Part shown: positions 23,201 through 35,200 of the stretch, one piece after another
Position numbering within the stretch: the first letter of the stretch is position 1
How the letters are laid out: each line of letters opens with the position of its first letter
Assembly: GCA_032718475.1 (NCBI GenBank)
Contig: JAUCBJ010006634.1
Location: forward strand, 1-49,797
Direction: 5' to 3'
Origin: Nemertoderma westbladi
Lineage: Eukaryota > Animalia > Xenacoelomorpha
DNA length: 49,797 nucleotides
The notes under the pieces: generated by a model
Told to the model about the DNA's origin: nothing
The model's database searches: none
The model's input: only the letters and a program-made list of their open reading frames with translations
Made by a program: the position numbers and the translations under genes

Positions 23201-26200
23201 GGTTTTACTTCATTTAACCACTACAAGAATACGGGAATAATGGAATTTGCCGATACCCAGAATGAATTAACTACCCTCTTGAAATCTGTTAAAGAAAAGA
23301 AAAGTATGTCTAATGGGGAGGAACGTCAGTTTACAGAATGGCTTTTCAAACTCAATACGATATACGTTACCACTCTAGGCGACTTGGCTAAATGTAGCAG
23401 TGATCTAGCCACAGCGCGCCAGAAGGTAATCGACGCGAAAGAGGAAATCATAACCATGAAAGACACGGCAGCTCGGCATTCTTATAGCCATATGGTAATA
23501 AATGGTCAACGCCCGGCATCACGACAAACAACGTCAATAACCCCATCATCATCAGTACACCCGACACGGCAGCATCAAATGAATCAAGGTTGTCCAACGG
23601 CAACCTTCGCCGAATCTTCAAATCCTGATCATTCAATCACGGAACTGCATCGAAGTTTAATACAAAGAGCTATCGGTAGTCCGAATACACTCCTAACTAC
23701 TCCACCCAACGCACAAATCAGCAGACGATCAACAGAAATCCGCAAGGGGAGGAAGATTGGCAACTCGCTCAGATCTCAACGGACAACTACCGGTACCGTT
23801 ACGGCAGCGCCAACTGTTATACAACCAACGAGAAAGGCCCATGTTTACATTGGACGATTAGACAAAACAGTGTCAAATGAGCAGCTGTCAGAATATATCG
23901 AGAAAGAAGGAATTGTCGTAGAAGAAGTTATCCCACTATCGTCAAACACTGGTAATTTCACCAAAACGAACGCATTTCACCTGGTCTGCACCCAAGAGCA
24001 GCGAGACGGCCTCATCAACCCAGATATCTGGGAGGAAGGCATAGTAATCAAGGACTATCGACTCAGTAATGCGGAGCGATTGCAGTTTGGTCTACGCCCT
24101 CGCACCCGCCCGGCAAATCAAACACAATGACTTGGTGCTAACATCGCAGCAACCGAGACACACACACAGGCTGTCACCACGAACCGCAAAACTAAAAAAC
24201 AACAGTTACTTTCAAAAGCACGAGCAGCAGATAAACAAACAATACTCTGTACCGGATGTAATAAACCTTATCGATACTTAGCCAGTCTAGATAAACATCA
24301 GAAACTATGTTCACGCTCCCAAACTCTACACAACCAGCAACTAATGAACGAGTTACCGTTTCCAGTCGACACTCTCCCCCCTCAGAACTCCAACTCTAAC
24401 ACAATCACGCTTATTGGATGGAATGTTGAGGGCGCCAATACAACAATGGAAACAACCATAGATAACTCATTTGTATTGACCGATATTCTGCTACTAACTG
24501 AAACTCTCGATAATGATCTGACGATTCCGGGCTTCTCCTGCAAAAATATTCCTTCTAGCAAAGGTGAATATGGCCGCCCTTTTGGTGGTATTACTGTAGC
24601 AATCAATATGAAACATGGTGCTACGCAGAATGTAATTTACATAAGTGAGTCATTACTGGCAGTTCATTTTGCGAAATTTGTATTCGTATGCAGTTACTTT
24701 AAACCAAACAGCGACGTAGCGGAAATACTACTTGAACTAGTAAATGCGGTAAACACGATCAGATCCACAACGAAACACCCTATTGTAACTGTTGGGGACT
24801 TCAACTGCCGCCTCGACACTGGCGACCGTGGGAGATTGTTAAGCGAAGGGCTACGCGGAGCTGGACTGCACTGCTTATCAGACCCAACTGTCCCCACTTA
24901 CTACAGCTGGAACGGCTCGAGTGTAATTGATCTGGTTTTTGTAGATGAGTCGCTGCTTGATCTAACCACATTAAACGTGAAACCAACGGTCAACACGAAA
25001 CACCAACGCATTGTCATCGATCTACTCACAAATGATATCACGGAGCGCAATCAAAGAACTCCAACTATTAGACGAATTGATACGGAAAAACTCGGTTCTA
25101 TTCTCAACCAAGATGAATTTCAGGCGGCGCTCAACGATGGAGTCGACTCAGCATGTAGCTATATAACATCCGCTATTACTAAATCGGCAATAACGCGCAA
25201 ACCACGGAAATCAAAACCTTGGTTTGATCGTGAATGTTATTTGGCCAAGGAGGAACTCACAGCATGTTTTAACGCAATGCGCATGAATAGTACAGATGAG
25301 TCTAGGGAAGTTCATACAACCACTAAACGGAGGTATAAACTGTTATTATTAAACAAGATGAAATTATATAAAGCGCGGAAAGAAATACGCTTGATCGAAA
25401 ATAGCGAAGAAGATAAAGCATCTTTCTGGAATATCTTAAAGTGTAATCGAACCGCTACTAAACCTGCTGCGCAACAAGTCTCGGAAGAATCGTGGTCTAC
25501 TCATTTTACGAATCTACTATCAACCGAAAATAATCCACAGCTACCAACCATCCCCGAACAGCCAGATAACGACTTAGACAAACCGATCAATCCCGCTGAG
25601 ATCACGGAAGCGGTTTACAGTCAAAAGCCAAATAAAGCAGCTGGTCCGGACGGTATCACCGGTGAAGCCTTGAAGCATGGTTTTGGTCACCTGCTTCCGT
25701 TTTTACTGACATTGTTTAGTGTTTGTTTCGCAACTGCTGCTTGCCCTGCAACCTGGCTAAAATCATACCTAATTATGCTCTATAAGGGTAAGGGAAGTAA
25801 ATTATCCCCGGACTGTTACCGTGGAATAGCGCTACTATCATGTTTGTTTAAAGTATATACTTCGATATTATTCACACGCTTATACGAATTTGCAGAACGC
25901 CGAGGCCTACTACCAGATGCGCAACACGGTTACAGAAAATCACGTTCGACGATCGACGCTGTTAAACGTCTATATACCCGCATCAATTTTGCCCTTGAAC
26001 CTAAGGGTGGCCATTTATACTGCGTATTTGTTGATTTTCGAAAATGTTTCGACTCGATAAACCGAGAGATTCTCTGCAGGAAATTATCGAAACTCGGAGT
26101 AAGTCGAAAGTTTATTATCGCTATCTGGTCTATGATCGCTATCAACTACATATATATCTGTGTTGGAGTTCACATTCTGGAGCCTATTACTCAAACAATT

Positions 26201-29200
26201 GGAGTTGTACAAGGCGATAAACTGTCTCCTTTACTTTTTAGTCTTTTTGTATCAGACCTACCAGCCTATCTCATATTCGCATCAATTTGGATTATAATGT
26301 ATGCTGATGATCTAGTCATATCAGGTGACTCTATCACGGAGGTTCAAGCTAGTCTAGACAAACTCTCAGAATATTGTGAAGTAAATGGAATCCAGGTCAA
26401 TATTGCGAAGACAAAGGTGGTTAAGTTCCGGAAGGGGGGGAGATTATCGAGGACTGACATTCTAGAATATAACGGGCACAAATTGGAATTTCAAAGCTCC
26501 TTTCAATATTTAGGAGTTACTCTATCAACGAAAAATGGATCCAGAGGACACTACGATCATCTATACTCGAAAGGACTCTCCAGTTGTGTTGTAATTGCAA
26601 CAAAGGTAAACCTACACATCGTTTCGCTAGAATCCGCCCAACGTTTATGGCAGTCTATTGTCCTTCCATCGACCACTTATGGCTGCAACGTCTTCACTGC
26701 AAATGGTGACCTAACGCAACTGTGTCATGTTCAACGTGTCCGCGGTTTTTACTGGAAACTCTGGTGTGGAATAAGCAAGTTTGCCTCCACCACAGCCATC
26801 CTAAGTGCCATAGACAACCCGGCTAACTCAGATCCAAACGTGACAGGTCTCACAGGTTTCCGACGCCGCGCGGCAGCGCAGCTATTATCAAACGGTTGCC
26901 ACCACCGCCTATGTACAAAACTCAATTGCTGGAGACCCACGGAAGACTGCACCTGTTGGGTGTGTGGCTCCCTGGCGGCAAACACAGACCACTACAAACT
27001 ATGTACGCGCATACCTCAGTGCAGTTCACACCTAAAGACAGCAATTTGGCTGATGACGACAGATGCTGCAACACTAACTATTTAAATCAATAGAAAGTTC
27101 AAGGCCCGACTATACTGTTTATTTATTTTATCTTATTTAATGTGCCTTATATTATGCCAATCACCCTCTTCCCATCTTTTTATTTAAAAATACTTTTATT
27201 TTATTTAAGTTTATTTTATAAATTTATGTGCTCTATCCAATTACAACTTATCGTTTTAATTATGTTAAATCAAGTGTCATTACAATAGGCATACTTATAA
27301 CCATTTACTCCTTGAGTAATTAAACGTCATATTGAATCTCAATGGAGTGTAAAACACGGATTTATGTTAATTACCAAGTTTTATTGGATCCGGGAAGGGG
27401 TGTAAAACGCGGATTCAAGTTAATTAGTAAGTTTTAATGAACAATTTATAAAACGCATATGCAATAAAGACCCAGACCCTCATCTAGTTACAATTATTAA
27501 TTAGTGCAATGTTTATTGTTCTTTAGTAACTTTTCTTGGCTTGCTGACTTTCCTGGTTTTTTTCTTCTCCGGGCTCGGGGTGCGCGATGTTTGGGTAGTG
27601 AGTTCAAGCGGCTCAACAATGGCTGTATCATTGGTTGGACTCGGAATAACGAATCCCGTAAATGGAACCTTTACAAAGTCATCAATGTCATCCATGTTTA
27701 ATATGAAATTAAATAAGAAATTATACTGAACAGTTCAGCCTCCATTAATTAGGAAGGCAGCAAGGGTAAATCTTTTCGACCTACGCGTAGGCCTACGCGT
27801 AGCTACGCGTAGCTACGCGTAGCTACGCGTAGTTTGTAACTTCCATTCCTGTCATTTACCGGTAGGGCCAGACTTACTGCCTTTTTAACAACTACGCGTA
27901 GGTGTTTTAAAACTACGCGTAGTTATTTTGGAACTACGCGTAGGTATTTTGAAACAACGCGTAGGTGCTACGCGTAGCTACGCGTAGGTGCTACGCGTAC
28001 CAGTCCTGATAACAATGATTTTTCATTTCAGGTCCGGTAGGGTTGAGTTGTTAGGCAAGTATCGGTATATGTCAGGTATTTGATTATCAGACAAATGTAA
28101 TAGCAGAGTCGGAAACTCATATCTCGACATACAGCACTGGTAATAAATAATATTCGGCTCTTTCACATACAAACACAGAGGATGAATAAAAAGTAAACTT
28201 GAAATTCACGTCTCATGATTCAAGTATCTTTGTTTCCATTGGATTATTTAAATATTGAACAGTAGTAAATAAAGCGACCAGTCTACCGGTGAAGAGGTTA
28301 AGCGAAAGCTGATAAACACTGCATATAATCAAATTGTTTGGTCAAATGACAAGTGCAACCAATCATGGTAGACAATTTAGTCTCCCCCTTCCCTTGTCAA
28401 GGGGTTAACATATTAAATACAGTATATCCTTGCCCTATCGTGAACAAAGGCAATAAAAAGCATAGAGAATCGATAAGAACCATCGGCCTATTTCCTTTGT
28501 AAACTATTTTTGAACTCTAAACATTAATTATTAACACATTTTACCGCCCGCAACGCATGAAGTGAAGAATATGTAGTTTTCGCGTATTCCTCTATATAGA
28601 GTATACAGGTATAGGATGCATTACTGTTGAAAGCATTTGATGGTTGTAGGTTGTTTATTGAACATACCGTATTGTGTCTTATTTTAGTACTGACTCGCTT
28701 GGAATACGTAAGCCTACTAATGATAAACGACGTACTGACGTATAGGCATAGTTATGGGTAGCACCTATGCGTAGGTCGCGTAGGACCTACGCGTAGCTAC
28801 GCGTAGCACCTACGCGTAGCTACGCGTAGCACCTACGCGTAGCTACGCGTAGCACCTACGCGTAGTTATTGTTAAAACTCTGAAACTGGTGATATATGAC
28901 CCAATGTTGCGAACTACGCGTAGCTACGCGTAGCTACGCGTAGGCCTACGCGTAGGTCGAAAAGATTTACCTAGGCAGCAACCTTGCAAGGCCTTAAATA
29001 GAAGACGCTATGATGCAGTACAAACTACCGCCAGCTAGGCAGAACAGTGATTCTTGTTTGTAAGGGAGGTTGGGATGGATAAGCCAATCAGGGAACAGGA
29101 CAGTAATCCTACCATACAATTGTCTACAGAGCTGCTCTACCAGAGAGGTCACGTTCCCACGGTAGTATAGTTTTTCAGCTAATCAATATCTAATAATGTC

Positions 29201-32200
29201 TGACGGCCAAACATCACCATCGCCCTTATTAATAATTCATTGGGAAGCATTGACCCCTATTAAGGTGTCCCCCAGAGCCGGATTAAGCTTATGTGTGGCC
29301 CCTAGACATAGACAAATTATTAAGGTGTCTATTAACTATTAAGGTGTCCCCCATTAATGTTTGTGTCCCTCATTAATGTGTGTACCTCATTAATAGTTGT
29401 GTCCCTCATTAACAAACTCAGTAATTAACGTAAATCCGCATTTTACACCCCTTCCCGGATCCAGTAACACTTTATAATTAACCTGAATCAATCCGCGTTT
29501 TACACCACTTCCCGGATCTAGTAACACTTGGTAAATAAATTGAATCCGCGTTTTACACCCCTTTCCGGATCCATTAAAACTTGGCAATTAACGTAAATCC
29601 GTGTTTTACACTCCGTTCCGGATCCAACAAAACTTGGTAATTAACATAAATCCGTGTTTTACACTCCATTCCGGATCCAATAAAACTTGGTAATTAACGT
29701 AAATCCGTGTTTTACACTCCATTCCGGATCCAACAAAACTTGGTAATTAACGTAAATCCGTGTTTTACACTCCATTCCGGATTCAATAAATCTTGGTAAT
29801 TCACGAAAATCCGTGTTTTACACTCCATTCCGGATCCAACAAAACTTGGTAATTAACGAAAATCCGTGTTTTACACTCCATTCCGGATCCAATAAAACTT
29901 GGTAATTAACATAAATCCGTGTTTTACACTCCATTCCGGATCCAATAAAACTTGGTAATTAACGTAAATCCGTGTTTTACACTCCATTCCGGATCCAATA
30001 AAACTTGGTAATTAACGTAAATCCGTGTTTTACACTCCATTCCGGATTCAATAAATCTTGGTAATTCACGAAAATCCGTGTTTTACACTCCATTCCGGAT
30101 CCAACAAAACTTGGTAATTAACGAAAATCCGTGTTTTACACTCCATTCCGGATCCAACAAAACTTGGTAATTCACTAAAATCCGTGTATTACACTCCATT
30201 CCGGATCCAACAAAACTTGGTAATTAACGAAAATCCGTGTTTTACACTCCATTCCGGATCCATTAAAACTTGGTAATTAACGTAAATCCGTATTTTACAC
30301 TCCATTCCGGATCCAATAAAACTTGGTAATTAACGTAAATCCGTGTTTTACACTCCATTCCGGATCCAATAAAACTTGGTAATTAACGTAAATCCGTGTT
30401 TTACACTCCATTCCGGATTCAATAAATCTTGGTAATTCACGAAAATCCGTGTTTTACACTCCATTCCTGATCCAACAAAACTTGGTAATTAACGAAAATC
30501 CGTGTTTTACACTCCATTCCGGATCCAACAAAACTTGGTAATTAACGAAAATCCGTGTATTACACTCCATTCCGGATCCAACAAAACTTGGTAATTAACG
30601 AAAATCTGTGTTTTACACTCCATTCCGGATCCATTAAAACTTGGTAATTAACGTAAATCCGTATTTTACACTCCATTCCGGATTCACAAAATATATGAAT
30701 CCGCGTTTTACACTGCAATACGGATTGCGTATTTCAGAATCCGCATATTACACTCAGTTACGGATTGTATGTAAATCCGGATCCGCCTTTTACACTCGCA
30801 AATCCGGGTCCTGATCCGTATCCGGATCCTGAATCCGGATCCGGATCCGCGTTTTACACCTACCCAGTAGCGGCGTCATTTATGATCTAAATTATATCAT
30901 AAAATAAATATATATAAAATTATATCGTAATTATATATTTTGTCACAAATTGCGACGGTATTTAGATATTAGCCTGATAATTATCGTGATGATCTAACCT
31001 TTTCGATTGCGGCTTCCAGTCCTGACAATTCCTTCAATACTACGTCGCTGTCGTTCTGGGGATGTTGGCGTTTAGCCAAAGCAGATAAAATTGCCAATCG
31101 CTTAGAAACCAGTTCACGTTTCTTATCCCAGAGAAGTTCGGAAGGTGTTAGGAGGGTGACTTGGTTCTCCAAAACTCGCGGTTTGGGGGTGGATAATATT
31201 AGTGGATTCAGTGACTCATCGCGGTTTATTTGAAGCTGATTGAACTTCTTAGATATGCCAGCAGATGGTTTATTGACAGCCCTTAATGGCGGCAGATTCA
31301 CTGACATATCTGTTATGCATGCCAGTGGCTGATAATGTAATCTATCTGCTGTTGTACAGGTTGGTTGAAGAGGTGAAGATCCATCGGTGACGCCCTGAGA
31401 TCTCGGGTTAAATGATCCGGAGGGGTGGAGGTTCAATAGCGACCTACTAGCTGTGTCACATCGGATAGAGTTCAACGACCTCTGGTATGCATCATCTGGT
31501 TGCGACTTCATGGAATGTGAGTCTGGCATGTACAATGGTCTATTAGGTACTCCACCCGAGGGACACATTGGCCAATTGGGTATCCTTCCTGGGGGATGAT
31601 TTGGACGGTCGGGAATTGCACGAGTGGATTTAATTGGCCAATCGTGTCGACCACTGGAGGTATTTATTGTCCGATCGGGTAAACCGCCGAGAGGATTGCT
31701 TGGTCTATTGGGCGCCCACCGCGGTATATTTAATGACTGCTCTTGCGCGACTCCGGGGGCGCTCAACGGCTTACCGGACACGCCATCTGGGACCGAGTTC
31801 GCGGCTCCGCTCGCACCCTTTGCATCCAGAGCTTTCAGATGGAGTTCCTCAGACCAATGTGGGTCGGAGGGGGTGAACCAATGGCATACCCGCAGCGCTA
31901 GGTCAGCAATCTCGCGGGTCATAAACACAGCCAATACCTCAGGAAACCACAGCAACGAGTAAAGTTTAACGAAATGGGGTTCCTCGCCGGTCCCTATCGA
32001 GTAAGTCGCCAACTCGAGCGAGAGTAATCGATCCGTTGTTACGACAACCGGAATGTTGACGAGTTTTTTTGCCAGGAACATCGCATTCATCTGCTCGTCG
32101 TTGGCGTACTTTAGAATGAGCGCTAAGTCAAAGGAAGTGACGTAACCTTGTCCTTCGTAGTTCACTATGTGTAGCTTCCAGTGCTGGAAGTTTATCCGCC

Positions 32201-35200
32201 ACACCCGTTTACGCGGCGGAGGTGGAACGATGATCTCGTCGATGTCGTCACTCAATTCCTCATCAAAAATCTCATCTAATTCTTTATCGATTGAGAGAGA
32301 GGAGACACCCAGAGGTTTGGGTTGAATCATCGCCCCACGCGGTTGTGCCCCCGCCCATGCTACCACACGAGGTTGGGCACCACCCGCCCCCCGCTCCCCA
32401 GCAAACCGGACTTCCGGACTGCCAACCGGTGGCTCCATTAAGGACGCCATCGGGTTGATCAGCGTCCGCAGGAACCGCGGCGTGTCCGGGACGAACTTGG
32501 CGAGCCCCTCGCAGCAGAGGAGATCGTTGATATGAACGTCGTCCTCGGCGGAGACGTCGGTGACCCCGAGGGAGACGACCCCGTTGTCGGTGCTCGTCAC
32601 GTAACCCATCAACGGCTTGTTGGTGACGATCCGGAAGACGCGATTGTTCGTCTCCATCGGCCACTTCCCGTTGAGGCTTGACGCGGGGATCGCAAGGTTG
32701 GTGAGTCGGGATGGGAGCGACTGGATGGCTAGATGGGTGAACTCGTGTTTGAGAATCCGGAGGGTTCGCTTCGGGACGGTGGAGGTGTTACCGTAGTCGA
32801 CGTAGCGCACCTCGACGAAGTCGTTGGTCGGCGAGGCCCCCAGGATGACGGCGCGATGCCAGTTCTGGTCCTCCGGGAAGAGGGCCGCGCAGATCTGTCC
32901 CTCCCGCACCATGTAGTCCGGGAAGGCATAGGAGTGGCTGCAGGGGCCACAGTAGACGTCGTCCAGCCGGTCCATCAGCTGGGCCAGTCGCTCCGAGGTT
33001 TCCGCTCCCCCCCACTGGATGTACATATCCGCCGGAGTAAAGAAAACCGAAATGTAAACCTGAAAACAATCGAGATATATTACTTTGGTTCATAGAATGT
33101 GTTCTAAAATGTTTTCCTACCTCTCCGTATTTCCCTACCTCTCCGTATTTCCCTACCTCTCCGTATTTCCCTACCTCTCCGTATTTCCCTACCTCTCCGT
33201 ATTGCCATATCTCTCCGTATTTCCCTACCACACCGTATTTCCCTACCTCTCCGTATTTCCCTATCTCTCCGTATTTCCCTACCACACCGTGTTTCCCTAC
33301 CTCTCCGTATTTCCCTACTTCTCCGTATTTCCCTACCTCGCCGTATTTCCCTACCACACCGTATTTCCCTACCTCTCCGTATTTCCCTATCTCTCCGTAT
33401 TTCCCTACCTCTCCGTATTTCCCTACCTCTCCGTATTTCCCTACCTCTCCGTATTTCCCTACCTCTCCGTATTTCCCTACCTCTCCGTATTTCCCTACCT
33501 CTCCGTATTTCCCTACCTCTCCGTATTTCCCTATCTCTCCGTATTTCCCTACCACACCGTATTTCCCTACCTCTCCGTATTTCCCTATCTCTCCGTATTT
33601 CCCTACCACACCGTGTTTCCCTACCTCTCCGTATTTCCCTACTTCTCCGTATTTCCCTACCTCGCCGTATTTCCCTACCACACCGTATTTCCCTACCTCT
33701 CCGTATTTCCCTATCTCTCCGTATTTCCCTACCTCTCCGTATTTCCCTACTTCTCCGTATTTCCCTACCTCTCCGTATTTCCCTACCTCTCCGTATTTCC
33801 CTACCTCTCCGTATTTCCCTACCTCTCCGTATTTCCCTACCACACCGTATTTCCCTACCACACCGTATTTCCCTACTTCTCCGTATTTCCCTACCTCTCC
33901 GTATTTCCCTACCTCTCCGTATTTCCCTACCTCTCCGTATTTCCCTACCACACCGTATTTCCCTACCTCTCCGTATTTCCCTACCTCTCCGTATTTCCCT
34001 ATCTCTCCGTATTTCCCCACCTCTCCGTATTTCCCTACTTCTCCGTATTTCCCTACCTCTCCGTATTTCCCTACCTCTCCGTATTTCCCTACCTCTCCGT
34101 ATTTCCCTACCTCTCCGTATTTCCCTACCACACCGTATTTCCCTACCACACCGTATTTCCCTACTTCTCCGTATTTCCCTACCTCTCCGTATTTCCCTAC
34201 CTCTCCGTATTTCCCTACCTCTCCGTATTTCCCTACCACACCGTATTTCCCTACCTCTCCGTATTTCCCTACCTCTCCGTATTTCCCTACCTCTCCATAT
34301 TTCCCTACCACACCGTATTTCCCTATCTCTCCGTATTTCCCTACTTCTCCGTATTTCCCTACCACACCGTATTTCCCTATCTCTCCGTATTTCCCTACTT
34401 CTCCGTATTTCCCTACCACACCGTATTTCCCTACCTCTCCGTATTTCCCTACCTCTCCGTATTTCCCTATCTCTCCGTATTTCCCTACCTCTCCGTATTT
34501 CCCTACTTCTCCGTATTTCCCTACCTCTCCGTATTTCCCTACCTCTCCGTATTTCCCTACTTCTCCGTATTTCCCTACCTCTCCGTATTTCCCTACCTCT
34601 CCGTATTTCCCTACCTCTCCGTATTTCCTTACCTCTCCGTATTTCCCTACCTCTCCGTATTTCCCTACCTCTCCGTATTTCCCTACCTCTCCGTATTTCC
34701 CTACCTCTCCGTATTTCCCTACCACACCGTATTTCCCTACCACACCGTATTTCCCTACCTCTCCGTATTTCCCTACTTCTCCGTATTTCCCTACCTCTCC
34801 GTATTTCCCTACCTCTCCGTATTTCCCTACCTCTCCGTATTTCCCTACCACACCGTATTTCCCTACCTCTCCGTATTTCCCTACCTCTCCGTATTTCCCT
34901 ACCTCTCCGTATTTCCCTACCACACCGTATTTCCCTATCTCTCCGTATTTCCCTACTTCTCCGTATTTCCCTACCACACCGTATTTCCCTATCTCTCCGT
35001 ATTTCCCTACTTCTCCGTATTTCCCTACCACACCGTATTTCCCTACCTCTCCGTATTTCCCTACCTCTCCGTATTTCCCTATCTCTCCGTATTTCCCTAC
35101 CTCTCCGTATTTCCCTACTTCTCCGTATTTCCCTACCTCTCCGTATTTCCCTACCTCTCCGTATTTCCCTACTTCTCCGTATTTCCCTACCTCTCCGTAT

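Larger units (their letters stand above)
23100..27340 (+). mobile_element. Full-length non-LTR retrotransposon (APE-type LINE, RTE-X-like), apparently intact
   Basis: 5' UTR, ORF1, ORF2 (APE+RT+Cys/His tail) and an AT-rich 3' UTR ending AATTAAACGTCATATTGAATCTC. A 15-bp duplication AATGGAGTGTAAAAC lies at 23085-23099 and 27341-27355 within the 53-bp array. The clade is inferred from motifs such as [23 protein letters not shown] and [12 protein letters not shown]. Confidence 0.92.
20970..30865. mobile_element. Foldback/Mutator-type TIR element with long modular inverted arms (non-autonomous)
   Basis: Ends GGGTCAGAGTAAAACGCGGATCCGGATC / GATCCGGATCCGCGTTTTACACCTACCC are inverted. Perfect 9-bp TSD AGTAGCGGC at 20961-20969 and 30866-30874. 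The arms are 53-bp tandem arrays in opposite orientation, and no transposase ORF is present. Confidence 0.9.
20316..30885. mobile_element. ~0.66-kb MITE with ~140-bp TIRs, split by the Foldback insertion
   Basis: 20316-20457 is the inverted copy of 20835-20969, and the last bases of the right TIR (GTCATTTATGA) resume at 30875-30885 after the 9-bp TSD. Its own TSD could not be resolved. Confidence 0.8.

Noticed and set aside
21276-30690. CRISPR-like array, retron or DGR interpretation of repeats flanking a reverse transcriptase
   Set aside because: Units are contiguous with no unique spacers and there are no cas genes. The RT is fused to an APE domain as in eukaryotic LINEs, and the arrays are explained as inverted arms of a TSD-flanked element.
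31624-33095. Several short overlapping ORFs (also 41539-42373 and 24382-27093)
   Set aside because: Shadow or antisense frames of GC-rich real coding sequence.
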